From Eledone cirrhosa (lineage: Eukaryota), in contig OZ024743.1 in assembly GCA_964016885.1 (NCBI GenBank), positions 24,490,001-24,554,000 of the forward strand: a stretch of 64,000 nt of DNA, read 5' to 3'. The notes beneath the pieces were generated by a model. It saw only the letters and a program-made list of their open reading frames with translations. It ran no database searches and had not been told where the DNA came from. Position numbers and translations under genes: made by a program. Below, piece by piece: positions 42,872 to 56,483 of this stretch. The number at the start of each line of letters is the position of its first letter. Positions within the stretch are counted from its first letter, which is position 1.

Positions 42872-43040
42872 ATTAATCTTGGGTAATGACCGAGAGAATA
42901 CAATCGCGAATACAGATGGCCGAAACGGGGCTCCTCCGAAGGGTCTTTGTAATAGAGTTACTCAATAAATGGCGTAGCACGGAGATCAGAGAGTCACTCC
43001 AGGTAGAACTTCTACTTGAGAGATCAGAGTTCTAATACTA

Positions 43041-44520
43041 AGTCAACTCGGCCAAGTCGGAGGTGGTGAACGTCAGCCTCGATGCTGCGAGCTTTGCAGC
43101 CTCCGTCTTGGACGTGCGGTTCATGCTCCGCCAGGTTCACGTGACCCCCAAAGAGGATGTCATCATCCTCGGGTCACCGATCCACCCACCGGCCATCCGC
43201 TCCACCACCAGGTTCAGGCTTCAACAGCTCCAGACTCTCACGAGCCGACTGGGATTGATTGATGGCCACCCAGCCCTCTTTCTGCTGAGGAACTGCTTCG
43301 CTATGCCGAAGCTCCTCTATACACTCCGCAGCGCTCCATGCTACACCCAGACATCTCTCCTCGCTGACCTCGATACTTGCATCCGAGCAGCAGCCGAGAG
43401 GATATGCAACGTCAAGTTTGACGGCATAGGAGGGCAACAGGCCACTTTACCGGTCAGGTATGGCGACCTTGGCCTCCGGTCCCCGATCTCACTAGCTTTG
43501 CAGGCGTATATTTCGTCGGTAACCTCGTGCCGCGTCCTCGTCAGCAGGATTCTTCAAAACACAACAGAACCCTCTGTGTTCAGAGAACGAGAGGCCGCCT
43601 GTGAGACGTGGGACCGGCTGGGACTTAGCTGAGTAGACGTCACTCCTCCTTCACCCCCTGTTGACGTCAAGTCCCCCCAACGCACTTGGGATGCCATCGA
43701 GTGCAGCTTGGCCTCGGACAGGCTCACGCGCCAGCTCGACTAGCACCGCCTTGCTTCTTTTCGTGCGGCCTCCAAACCCCACAGTGGTGCCTGGCTCCAT
43801 GCCCTGCCCTCCTTCTCCACTGGCACGCAGCTAGATAACCATAGCCTGCGAATCGGCGTTTCCCTGAGGCTCGGCCTCCGGATCTGCCAGCCACACCAAT
43901 GTCGCTGCGGTTCCACCGTGGACTCTTTCGGCCTCCATCCACTTTCCTGTCGGCACAGTGCCGGCCGCATTCCACGCCATGCTGCCCTCAAAGAGGTCAT
44001 TAAGCATGGCTTGGACGCTGCAGGCTTCCCTTCCCAGCTCGAGCCGGTGGGGCTGGATCGAGGGGACGGCAAAAGGCCAGATGGCACGACCATCTTCCCG
44101 TTCCGCGGTGGCAAACCCCTCGTCTAGGATGCCACTTGCATCGACACTTTCATCAGCCACAACCTGGTGCAGTCTGCGACTGACCCAGGTTCTGCTGCAC
44201 GTCGGGCTGAGGGGGCCAAACTCCTCAAATACCGGTCCTCTCCGACAGGTTTGCGGTCGTTCCCCTGGCAGTAGAGACTTCTGGTGTCCTCGGCCCCAGG
44301 GCTACCTCCTTACTCACCACCATAGGCGCTGAGCTGGCCAGCCGCAGGTGTGAGCCCCGCGAGTTGGAGTGGCTTTTCCAGCGCGTCTCCCTTGCCGTCC
44401 TACGGGGAAACGCCTTCTCCATTCTGTCCGCCGGGGCTGAGGGTGGGCCCCATCGCGTACCAATACATTAGTTAAATACCATTCTTTCATCTGATATATC
44501 CCCGATACCTAGGTAATAAA
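43041..44520 (+). mobile_element. 5'-truncated CRE-clade non-LTR retrotransposon nested in the RTE
   Basis: [69 protein letters not shown] (CCHC), RH, GKRPDG, DAT, AVETSG, QRVSLAVLRGNA; a few stops and a frameshift; AATAAA end; 7-bp TSD AATACTA at 43034-43040 / 44521-44527. Confidence 0.9.
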
Positions 44521-44807
44521 AATACTACAAGCTTGTGGCTAGAATGTCTCGTGAAAGAATCGCTTAACAGATTTTATGGGCAAAAAAAACCGGTAGGAGA
44601 CCCCTGTGTAGAGCCCGAGAGAAATGGCAGGATAACATGCATGAGCTTGGCTGGTGTCGCTTGGGTATCCAGCTGGATCAATTAGAGACGGTTGCTCCTG
44701 AAATGAGCCGCTGGAAGGAGTGTGTGAGGACCCTTCCCTCACGCCCCCCCCCTCCAAAAATAAGTGGGCGAACGGGAAGAAGAGTGAAAGAAGAAAAGGC
44801 TATATAA

Positions 44808-44856
<49 letters not shown>

Positions 44857-45233
44857 TATATATATATAACACTGATGTTGTCTGTGTGTCCTCATTTTTG
44901 CAAAGTCTATACAAATCCACATTTCTACTCCGATTGACTTCAAACTTACATCTATATATTCCTTGCGGCCTAAAGATAGAAAATCTGTTGTTAAAGGGTG
45001 TTAGGCGCCGGTCATCCATCTCCGTCGCACTCTTATAATATCTGTATGTATGTCTGGCTGTCTGCATAACGTCATTCTGACGTATTATCTTCGCTACATT
45101 CACACACATACATGCGCGCACGCACACACACACGCGCGCGCGCACACACACGGACACGCACATATATATATACATATATACTTATATATACATATATATA
45201 CACATATATACATATACACACACATATATACAC

Positions 45234-45288
<55 letters not shown>

Positions 45289-45431
45289 TACATATACACA
45301 TATATAGATATACACATATACACATATACACATATATAAATATACACATAAAAATATATACATACACACATATATTTATATATATATATATATATATACA
45401 TACATACACACATATATATATAAGCATACAT

Positions 45432-45533
<102 letters not shown>

Positions 45534-45564
45534 AGATCAAAAGATGGTTAAAGGAGTTCCATGT

Positions 45565-45633
45565 ATTTTATTATGCGCATTTCAAAAACAAACATCATCA
45601 TGCAATAATATTTGTGTTTTCATCAGATAAAAC
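45565..45633 (-). ncRNA. Type I hammerhead ribozyme, intact core
   Basis: Minus strand: GTTTTAT CTGATGA [AAACACAAATATTATT-GCAT-GATGATGTTTGTTTTT] GAAA TGCGCA TA ATAAAAT; 7-bp stem I, ~16-bp stem II with G-U pairs, palindromic stem III; cleavage 3' of 45572. Confidence 0.85.
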
Positions 45634-45687
45634 AGGAGAACATGATATGAAGGCTAAAAAACACTTGTGGATAGTGCAGTTTTAAAT

Positions 45688-45790
<103 letters not shown>

Positions 45791-45834
45791 TTTTGCGAGG
45801 TTTTTTATATGAAATCGTGCGTCGAAACAAATAT

Positions 45835-46248
45835 TGTTATACTTGGGGAGGGTCATATTTGTTTCTTTTGTGGTTTTTATATAACAGAAAACGCATGCGC
45901 AAAGAAGACAAAATAAAATAAACAAACAAGCAAATAAATAAATAAATATATAGACAGACTCAATAAAAATGGCGTAGACATACAACACAACAGGAGGAAA
46001 ATATAACACCACTGACGATGTTGCAGATGTGCAACGAAAGATTTATGATAAACTATATATATGTGTTTGTGTCTATATGTATCTGTATTATTTTTGACCG
46101 TCGGTCAGTCAATGGCAACATTGAGGACCGAATAATTTAGATTACCGATATAAAAGACAGCGAGAAGCGAAAACCAACCAAACAGTGAGTGTGTTCTGTT
46201 ATTAATTCTGGCAATATTACACAAATATGACCCTCCCCAAGTATAACA
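45835..46248. mobile_element. MITE with TGT...ACA ends, 28-bp perfect TIRs and ATAT flanks (Ginger-like)
   Basis: TGTTATACTTGGGGAGGGTCATATTTGT (45835-45862) / exact reverse complement (46221-46248); ATAT on both sides. Confidence 0.75.
46006..46050 (+). ncRNA. Minimal type I hammerhead-like motif with eroded stem I
   Basis: ACACCA CTGACGA T GTTGCA-GATG-TGCAAC GAAA GATT TA TGATA; core and 6-bp stem II are perfect, stem I is mismatched. Confidence 0.6.
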
Positions 46249-46285
<37 letters not shown>

Positions 46286-46330
46286 GTAGAATAATCGAGA
46301 ATCGGAATATCAGCCCACGAAATCACGATA

Positions 46331-46429
<99 letters not shown>

Positions 46430-46514
46430 CAATATTTGTATAAATAAACACAGTAAATTTCGAGCTTGTTTAATTGCAGGGTATCAATATGAGTTAATAA
46501 CACTGTATTTTATT

Positions 46515-46596
<82 letters not shown>

Positions 46597-46940
46597 GATA
46601 CATTGTAGGTCGCTTTAACTCGTCTTTTATTATTCAAAAAACTTCTTGCCAATAAACACCCCTTGTGCGCCATTCATATAACTGTAGACCAACAAATACC
46701 AAGTAAACGGAGCGTTGACAAGAACGATGGCAATGCATCTTCGAGGTAAGCAGCTTCCTTCCGAGCTGTTAGTTCTCTGCTACACCTTTTCGTAACAATT
46801 GCTTTAAATATGTAAAAAATCAAAAACTTACGGGAGCGATTCCATAATACCCTATCCACCATGTGGATTAAATACCGAACAACATACTGCTGGTCACTCT
46901 TTTTTCCAAAAGCGGTACAAACATCTCTCTTTATATATAT

Positions 46941-48846
46941 ATAGCAGAGGTACCCGGCGTTGCTCGGATATTAAATAACAGTTGTGTATACCATTTATGT
47001 CAATACTTCAGTGCTGCTTAGAAAACTATACTTTTACAAAATCATCCGCTTTTTCCAAAAGGGGGTTCCTGCCCCCAGGGGTCCCCTACCCAATATGTAC
47101 CAATTCTGAGAGTTCACATTCATCGGTAGGACAAACGTAGCCCATGTGTCAAGTTTTGTGAAAATCGGTTGCGATCTCCAGAACTTATGACGTTTTGTTG
47201 CATTGCACTGCTGTGCTTCAGTCGACTCCAAGGAAGTGGTTAAAGTGGTTAAAAGGGTTATCTGCCGGGGGACCCTATAATCAATATCTGGAAAAATGAC
47301 AGTGCCCATGACCATCCGGAGTACATAAGTAACCTATGTCTTAAGTTTGGTGAAAATACTGTAGAAATGCATAAGGTTTATACATACGCGCGTGCGTTCG
47401 TGTGTGTGGGGGGGGGGGGGGGGTGTCCGTCGGGGCATACGTATGTACTGGCCTAAATCTTCACTATTTACTTTTACTATTTTAATAACCTGTCATTTTC
47501 GTTTTCAATTTTATTTACATCATTCTTAAACTCCGGGGCTGGAAATCATTCTATTATTTTAAATAGAATATTAGTCTAACGACTCCATTTATACCATAAA
47601 CTTGGTCTTGTCTTTGCATGAAATTGTTCTTCACGATCCACATAACGATGTATTATCCTCGCTTTTTTCCCGAAAAATGGCCAGGGAACGTCTTCACGAA
47701 CCAAAATATCGTCTTCCTGTTTTCGTTCGGTTCCAACGTTTCTCGAAATATTTACTTCTGCGTTCACAGATTACTCTCAGTTCAATTTGAATGGGAAATT
47801 CCTGTTTCATCGATTTTCTCCGTAACCATGGAAGCTTGTAGTAGCCAAAAGTTTATTAACAGCGAAATAACGTTGTCTTTGATATGTTATTTTAAATAAG
47901 ACAATGAATTGAAAAATACTACTTACTGTTAGTGGTGGTTAACATGTATTAGAAATAAAATGAAAATGATATCTGAAAAAACGTACTTGAGAACATGACT
48001 CCCTTCTTCGCATTTTAAGGGTTTTATATCTTTTGAAAGAAAACAGTGACCGTTTTCGGATTGGCATTTCGTAAAATGGTACTGTATGTTAACAGCGAAA
48101 GAACGCAGCGAAATAAATTGATGAGTTTAAAAATGTGTATGAAATTGTAATTAAGACAATGAATATTGAAAGTAGTAGAACAGGGGGAAATAACTCAATT
48201 AGCCGTTTATTAGAAAAGGGGGAAATAACTAACCCCAGTATTAGAAGATGGGGTTCGCAATGTAAGGGTTTTATTTACGGTGCTGTATGATCGTTATAGA
48301 AGTATTTAAATTTAATATACAGCAACTCTAATTGAAAAATGAAAATGAAACGTACTGTAGAAGGCAACAGTTTATTAATCTGCATTTTCAAACTTGCATA
48401 TCATCGACATTGCTATTTCGCTGTTAATAAACAACGCTTTTTCACGTCGCTCCACCTCTCATTGTACGCCGTCCAGTCCCAAGTGCATATTTCTATTTTT
48501 TTTTTCCTGATACTGCTTCTTTATAATAAACTTTCATTAAAATTTTTTTAAATTATTGGTACTGTATGTTAACAGCGAAAGAACGTTGATGAGTTTAAAA
48601 ATTTGTATGGAATTGTAAATAAGACAAAAGTATTAGAACAGGGGGGAATAACTCACCGAACGCGATAGTTTTGGGGCCCCAGGGACCACATTTTTCAAGT
48701 TAAAGATTTGAAACCTCGTCTATTTGCTTCCTTGGCACTTTTTACATAGGTGTGTAAATTTTCCTGTCCGTCCGACCACGTCTACTACCATTTAACCGTG
48801 CACATCTGAATTTCAACCACCGCCCATTTCACAAATATATATTAGA
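46941..48846 (-). mobile_element. Non-autonomous Helitron-like element
   Basis: Minus strand begins A|TCTAATATATA at 48846 and ends with a CCGAGCAACGCCGG hairpin plus CTAT (CTAG variant) at 46941; internal TTAACAGCGAAA modules are repeated. Confidence 0.6.
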
Positions 48847-48933
48847 TATATATATGTTATAAGAACAGATTAAAGTTTAAGCAAAGAATCGCTGCTTTCA
48901 ACATTAACGGGATCTTCTGAAACTTAAAAAATT

Positions 48934-49787
48934 AGTCTGTGAACGCAGAAGTAAATATTTCGAGAAACGTTGCAGCCGAAGGAAAACAGGAAGACGATAT
49001 TTTGGTTCGTGAAGACGTTCCCTGGTAATGTACGGAAAATAAAGCGAGGATAATACGTCCTCATGTGGACCGTGAAGAACAATTTCATGCAAAGACAAGA
49101 CGAAGTTTATGGTATAAATGGAGTCGTTAGACTAATATTCCATTTAAAATAACAGAATGATTTCAGCCCCGGAGTTTAAGAATGATGTAAATAAAATTGA
49201 AAACGAAAATGACAGGTTATTAAAATAGTAAAAGTAAATAGTGAAGATTTAGGCCAGTACATAAGTATGCCCCGACGGATATACAAATACATACACACAC
49301 ACACAAATACATACACACCCACAAACACACACACACACGCGCACGCGCGCGTGTATAAATCTTATACATTTCTACAGTATTTTCACCAAACTTAACACAT
49401 GTACTCCGGATGGTCATAGGCACTTTCATTTTTCCAAATATTGATTATAGGCCCCCCCCCCCCCCCCCCCGTCAGATAACCCCTTCAACCGCTTCCTTGG
49501 AGTCGACTGAAGCACTGCAGCGCAATGCAACAAAACGTCATAACTTCTGGAGTTCGCAACCGATTTTCACAAAACTTGAATCATGGACTACGTTTGTCCT
49601 ACAGATGCATGTGAACTCTCAGAATTGGCACATATTGAGTAGGGGACCCCTGGGGGCAGGAAGCCCCTTTTGGAAAAAGCCGATGATTTTGTAAAAGTAT
49701 AGTTTTCGAAGCAGCACTGAAGTATTGACGTAAATGGTATACACAACTGTTATTTAATACCCGAGCAACGCCGGGTACCTCTGCTAG
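48934..49787 (+). mobile_element. Second Helitron-like copy (3' portion), inverted relative to 46941-47771
   Basis: Ends ACCCGAGCAACGCCGGGT hairpin (49759-49776) then CTAG|T at 49784-49788; reverse-complement homology to 46941-47771 throughout. Confidence 0.75.
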
Positions 49788-49841
49788 TATATATATATAA
49801 AAATATATGTATATATATATATATATTTATATATATATTTT

Positions 49842-49913
<72 letters not shown>

Positions 49914-50316
49914 CATACATACATACATACATACATACATACATACATACATACATACATGCATACATACATGCTCCTTATATAGCAGCGTGTGCCTTTC
50001 TATGTATATGCGCCTCCTAATCTATCCCTCTCCTTCCCTTTTTCTCTCTCACTTTCTCTCTCTTAGTCTTCTCTCGCCTTCTCTCTCTCTCACACACACA
50101 CTCTCTCTCTCTCTCTCTCTCTCCCTCTCTCTCTCCCTCTCTCTCTCTATTTCGATTTATATCTCATGGTTTTATAGTTAAAGATCAATAACAAAGGACG
50201 AATTGTCGTAGAGTTTACAATGCTTGGTCACGTGTCCAGCTATGGTGGACTCATTGGATTATGATATAATAATTAATGATAATAATAACTCGCAACCACA
50301 ATAACAACAACAACAA

Positions 50317-50349
<33 letters not shown>

Positions 50350-50629
50350 CCTGTTTGAAATCATTATTAATATTAAATATTATGACAGCAATACATTTGT
50401 TATTATTGTTGTTGTGGTTGTGAGTGACATTGTTTTCATCATCGACATCATCATCATCGTCCATGTAAACATCATCAACATCACCGCTATCATCATCATC
50501 ATCAACATCACCGCTATCATCATCATCATCATCATCATCATCACCACCACCACCATCATCATTATCATCATCATCACCACCACCACCATCATCACCAACA
50601 TCATCACCATCATCATTATCATTATTATT

Positions 50630-51327
50630 TGTTTTTCTTTACATGCAGATATGCCCATTTGTACCGTCATGTACCGTTCTGTTCCACCCTGTTCCACCCT
50701 GTACCGTCCTGTCCCCACCCTGTACCGTCCTGAACCACCCTCTACCGTCATGTACCACCCTGTACCGTCCTGTACCACCATGCACCGTCCTGTACCACCC
50801 TGTACCGTCCTGTACGGTCCTGTACCGTCCTGTACCGTCCTGTACCACCCTGTACCATCCTGTACCGTCTTGTACGGTCCTGTACCGTCCTGTACCGTCC
50901 TGTACCGTCCTGTACCACGCTGTACCGTCCTGTACCGTCCTGTACCGTCCTGTACCGTCCTGTACCACGCTGTACCGTCCTGTACCGTCTCGTACCACCT
51001 TGTACCGTCCTTTACCGTATTGTACCACCCTGTACCGTCCTGTATCGTCCTGTATCGTCCTGTACCGTCCTGTACCGTCCTGTACTGCCCTGTACCGTCC
51101 TGTACTGTCTGTACCACTCTGTACCATCCTGTATCGTCCTGTACCGTCATGTACTGTCCTGTACCGTCCTGTACTGCCCTGTACCGTCCTGTACCACCGT
51201 GTACCGTCCTGAATTGTCCTGTACCGTCCTCTACCGTCCTGTACTGCCCTGTACCGTCCTGTACCGCCCTGTACCGTCTTTAATGTTATACTTAATATCA
51301 ACCCTTGTGGTTAATAAATTATTATTG
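50630..51327 (+). mobile_element. 3'UTR-only copy of the L1/Tx1-like LINE with an expanded internal minisatellite
   Basis: Left flank TTTACATGCAGATATGCCCATTT and right flank AACCCTTGTGGTTAATAAA match the reverse complement of 61426-61515. Confidence 0.8.
50661..51278. repeat. 10-bp minisatellite (GTACCGTCCT)n, roughly 60 units
   Basis: Directly visible. Confidence 0.95.
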
Positions 51328-51560
51328 GGCGTTGGTTTGACAGTATCGGTAGAGCGTCAGACAACATGCTTTATGGTATAGGGTTACGGCCCTTTACGTT
51401 CTGAGTTCAAATCCCGCGGAGGTTAGCTTTGCCTTTCATTCTTACAGGGTTGATAAAATAAAGTACCAGTAATGCACTGGGGTCTATTTGGTTGACTTTC
51501 CCCTTTCCTTCAAATTACTGGCCTTGTGCCAATTACAAAAACAATTATTATTATTATTAA
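51328..51560 (+). mobile_element. Full-length major SINE
   Basis: Consensus match, (ATT)n tail. Confidence 0.85.
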
Positions 51561-51592
51561 TGTTAGAAAGAAAGCATTATTATTATTATTAT

Positions 51593-52057
51593 TTCCTCTT
51601 CAGCGAATCCCTAATTAACTTTTTCAAGTTTCACTTGAAGGGTGGAGAGGCAAGGCTGCCTTCTATGAAGTTTGTTGAAAGGTGGGTGAATGTGGCGAGA
51701 ATGGTCCGAGTGAACGGGACCGCTCTGAATATACGCCTGTAGTTTGAGGAATGGAAAAATTGAGAGAGGGCACTTGCCCTGGTGGTCAGGGTGGCCGTGG
51801 TTTTTTGTGTGGTTTTCACCACGACTAATCCTCGGAAGTTTCCCCCCTATTGGGGAATTTTTCATTGTTTCAATTTTCATTTTTATTGTTTATATATATA
51901 TATGTTTCTATGTCTTTTATTTCTTTTCTTATGTACATAATAAAAATCTTTATACACACAAAACCCACACCGTACCGTCCTGTACCGTCCTGTGCCGTCT
52001 GTAATGTTTTTCTTGATGTCAGCCCTTGTGGCCAATAAAGAAATCATTATTATTATT
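51593..52057 (+). mobile_element. 5'-truncated L1/Tx1-like copy (last codons plus 3'UTR)
   Basis: LINFFKFHLK...FVERWVNVARMVRVNG matches the C-terminus of ORF 61664-63226; shares GGGCACTTGCCCTGGTGGTCAGG 3'UTR; flanked by (ATT)n. Confidence 0.85.
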
Positions 52058-52058
52058 A

Positions 52059-52608
52059 GAGCGGTGGATTGGCAGTATCGGTAGAGGGTCGGACGCCATG
52101 CTTTGACGCATTGAGTTACGGCCCTTGCCATTCTGAGTTCAAATCCCGCCGAGGTCAACTTTGCCTTTAATCCTTACGGGATTGATAAAATAAAGTACCA
52201 GTAATGTACTGGGTAATTGCTGGCCTTGTGGCAAAAGTAGAAACAATTATTATTATTATTCCCTTTACAGTCTGAGTTCAAATCCCGCCGAGGTTAACTT
52301 TGCCTTTCATCCTTACGGGGTCGATAAAATAAAGTACCAGTAATGCACTGGGCAATTGCTAGTCTTGTGCCAAAAAACAAAAACAATTATTATTATTATT
52401 ATTATTTTTATTAACATTGTGGATTGGCAGTATATGTAGAGGGTCGGACACCATCCTTTGCAGCATAGTGTTACGGCCCCTTACGGTCTCAGTTCAAATC
52501 CCGCCGAGGTTAACTTTGCCTTTCATCCTTACAGGGACGAGAAAATAAAGTACCAGTAATACACTGGGGTAATTGCTGGCCTTGTGCCAAAAGTAGAAAC
52601 AATTATTA
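52059..52608 (+). mobile_element. Three head-to-tail major SINEs
   Basis: 52059-52260, 52261-52405 (5'-truncated) and 52419-52608, separated by (ATT)n tails. Confidence 0.9.
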
Positions 52609-52689
52609 CTGAATGATAAAGAAATCTGTTTTTGTTATAAGGTGTCCACATAATGTCTTGCTAATTGTCGCCCTTTTGGCAAATAAATG

Positions 52690-52709
52690 GAATTTCCACC
52701 ACCACCACT

Positions 52710-52753
<44 letters not shown>

Positions 52754-52882
52754 CGCCATCACCATCATCATCATCATCATCGTCGTCGTTATCGATATTG
52801 TTGTTGCAATGTCTTCACAACTGTCACCCTTTTGGCAAATATATGGAATATCCACCATCATCGTCATCATCGTCATCATCAC

Positions 52883-52925
<43 letters not shown>

Positions 52926-53920
52926 GCCATCATCATCATCATCTTTATCGATATCATTGTTGTTGTTGTTGTTGTTATTGTTGTTGTTGCTGTTGTTGTT
53001 GTTGTTGTTGTTAATGTTGTTTTTGTTGTCATTGTTGTTGCTGTCGTTTGCCGTTTTCTTGTTTGTCGTTTTGCTCAGTTTTACAATGACAGCCACAAAT
53101 CCGACAGCACGCATGCGCCCATTCGGCACGTGTCCTGCCTTGCACCGTTCAGCTGATATTTCCTTCGGGACGTTTTCTTCCTTATAGGTTTGTTTTGTAT
53201 TGTTTGCAGCTGCAAATACAACAACAACAACAACAACAACAACAACAGAAGCAGCAGCAGCAGTAGCATTAGAAGATGTTATAGTTGTACTATTACAAGT
53301 TCTATTACGGTTGTTGTTGTTGTTGTTTATTGTTGTCGTCGTGGGTCATGGTCATTGTAGCTGTTGTTATTGGTTATGGTGCTGATGGTGATGTTAGTGG
53401 TGGTGTTGGTGTTGGTGTTGGTGATGGTGATGGTGATGGTGGTGGTAGTAGTGGTGTTAGTGTTAGGTGTGGCAGTGGTGGTGGTGGTGTTGGTGGTGGT
53501 GATGGTGGTGGTGGTGATGGTGGTGGTGGTGGTGTTAGTGTTAGTTGTGGCAGTAGTTGTGGTGGTGGCGGTGATGTTGGTGGTGGTGGTAGTAGTAGTG
53601 GCGGTGGGGGTGTGGTTTGTTAGTGGATTGGTGACAATAATTATTGTTGTGGTTGGGACGGTGGTGGTGGTGGTGGTGGTCTTGTTGTTGTTAGTGGTGG
53701 TGTTAGTGGTGGCACTGCTAGTGGTGGCGGGGTGTGGTTGTTAGTAATGGATTGGTGGCACTAGTAATGGCAGTTGTTGGGACGGCGACGGTGGTGGTGG
53801 TGGTGGTGTTGGTGGTGGTGGTGGTGGTGGTCGTCGTGGTGGTCGTGGTGGTGGTCGTGGTCGTGGTGGTAGTAGTAGAGATGGTGATGGTGGTGATTGT
53901 GATGTTAGTGTCAATGGTGG
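52690..53920. repeat. (CAT)n/(GTT)n/(GGT)n low-complexity block
   Basis: Directly visible; includes a ~156-bp local duplication anchored on CCCTTTTGGCAAATA. Confidence 0.85.
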
Positions 53921-54145
53921 TATGCCAGAGTCTGGTTTTTATGTCTGTTGGGGTTTTTCAATTGATAATATATAAATATCTATTTACAGAAGGAAATCTC
54001 TGCTTTGTATCTAGAAATGTCACAAATTCACAGTCAACAAAAACGAAGGAAAAGTACATACGCACTCACACACCCACATACACAAACGCATACATACATA
54101 CAAACATTCACACACACATATATATATAATATATATATGTATATA

Positions 54146-55189
<1,044 letters not shown>

Positions 55190-55301
55190 GATTCTGATTT
55201 GCTTTATATATATATATATATATACCAGGTGCGCTTTTCAAACATTTTTATAATCAGTCTCTCTTTACACACACACACACACACGTGTATGTATATATAT
55301 A

Positions 55302-55370
<69 letters not shown>

Positions 55371-55431
55371 CAAATATGAATAAAAAATATATATATATAT
55401 AAATCAAATATGAATAAAAAATTGTTGCAAT

Positions 55432-55506
<75 letters not shown>

Positions 55507-56184
55507 GTTCTAAATATTTTTTTGTGGATTCATTAATCAAGTCACTCAGAGATCAATTAGTAAACACACTTACGGTAATCCTTATCTAGAATGAAACTCC
55601 ATCATAATAAATGTAATAGGCTGATATATAATAAACAATGTTGTGAGTAAACCTAATATCCTGCATTTGGTCTTTCAATTTGCCCGAAATAGCAGCTAAA
55701 TTCCTATCAATTCACAACATACCTTATTAAAAATACAGTGGCTCATTGGATTATGTAAACATAGATTTTGCAATATCCGAGAGAAGGTTTTTAGCGTCAT
55801 TGTTGGAGAGTCTTTGATTGTAGATTTGCTCACTGAGAACAAACTGAGTATAACCATAAATAATGTTTTCACTTACACAGATACACGGGGAAACGCACAC
55901 AGAGAATTGTGAACCCACGACAATGTAGATTGTATATGAATCTTAAATGATAATATACGAAGGCGCTCTAAATACTTTGAGCTTGACTATGAACCTCCTT
56001 TTAAAATAGAATTGAAATATTCCTTTCCCATTGTTATGTCGGCTAGAGTGCTTTCAGTATTCATTTCGGCTATCTGCGCTCTCTGATTTGAAATAACGCC
56101 GAGATGAACTTTGCGTATTATCCTTTCGAGGTTGAAAATAAAATTACCAGTCCGGTACCAATTGCAGGTTGGTGAGGCTATTTA

Positions 56185-56385
56185 AACCATAGTTGGGGTG
56201 AATGGCCATTGACTCTGTGGAGTTCATCCGCCATTTGACAGCTCTTGTTTTTGTGCTGCTAGGTTCCCACATACCCTTCTCCCCAAACCAGGTTCTGGTA
56301 GGGGAGTCGGTTTATTTGCCGACCATGAAACAGGTTCTACTGGGCTACATAGTACCAGAAGCATACAGTGACCTAACCTGACATA
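56185..56385 (-). mobile_element. RTE-type 5'-end fragment
   Basis: TGCTTCTGGTACTATGTAGCCCAGTAGAACCTGTTTCATGGTCGG...TGTCAAATGGCGGATGAACTC, homologous to 31400-31575(-) and 59843-60003. Confidence 0.6.
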
Positions 56386-56401
56386 ATACACACACACACA
56401 C

Positions 56402-56479
<78 letters not shown>

Positions 56480-56483
56480 TTAC

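Larger units (their letters stand above)
40240..44800 (+). mobile_element. Decayed near-full-length RTE-clade LINE (APE + RT) with two nested insertions
   Basis: LWVTWD...LDIVGIS, LMGDFNEHVG, LSTDHHLV (APE); GEDEI.PEILK-like, QRGFRSGRSTADQIFTLRQV, GLNRGCVLSPLLFIIFM, LEFVD, FTYLG (RT); resumes after 44527 with VARMSRERIA...GRRPLCRAREKWQD. Many stops and frameshifts. Confidence 0.9.

Noticed and set aside
50276-51301. Cys/Pro-rich repetitive ORFs
   Set aside because: Product of the 10-bp minisatellite in a LINE 3'UTR.
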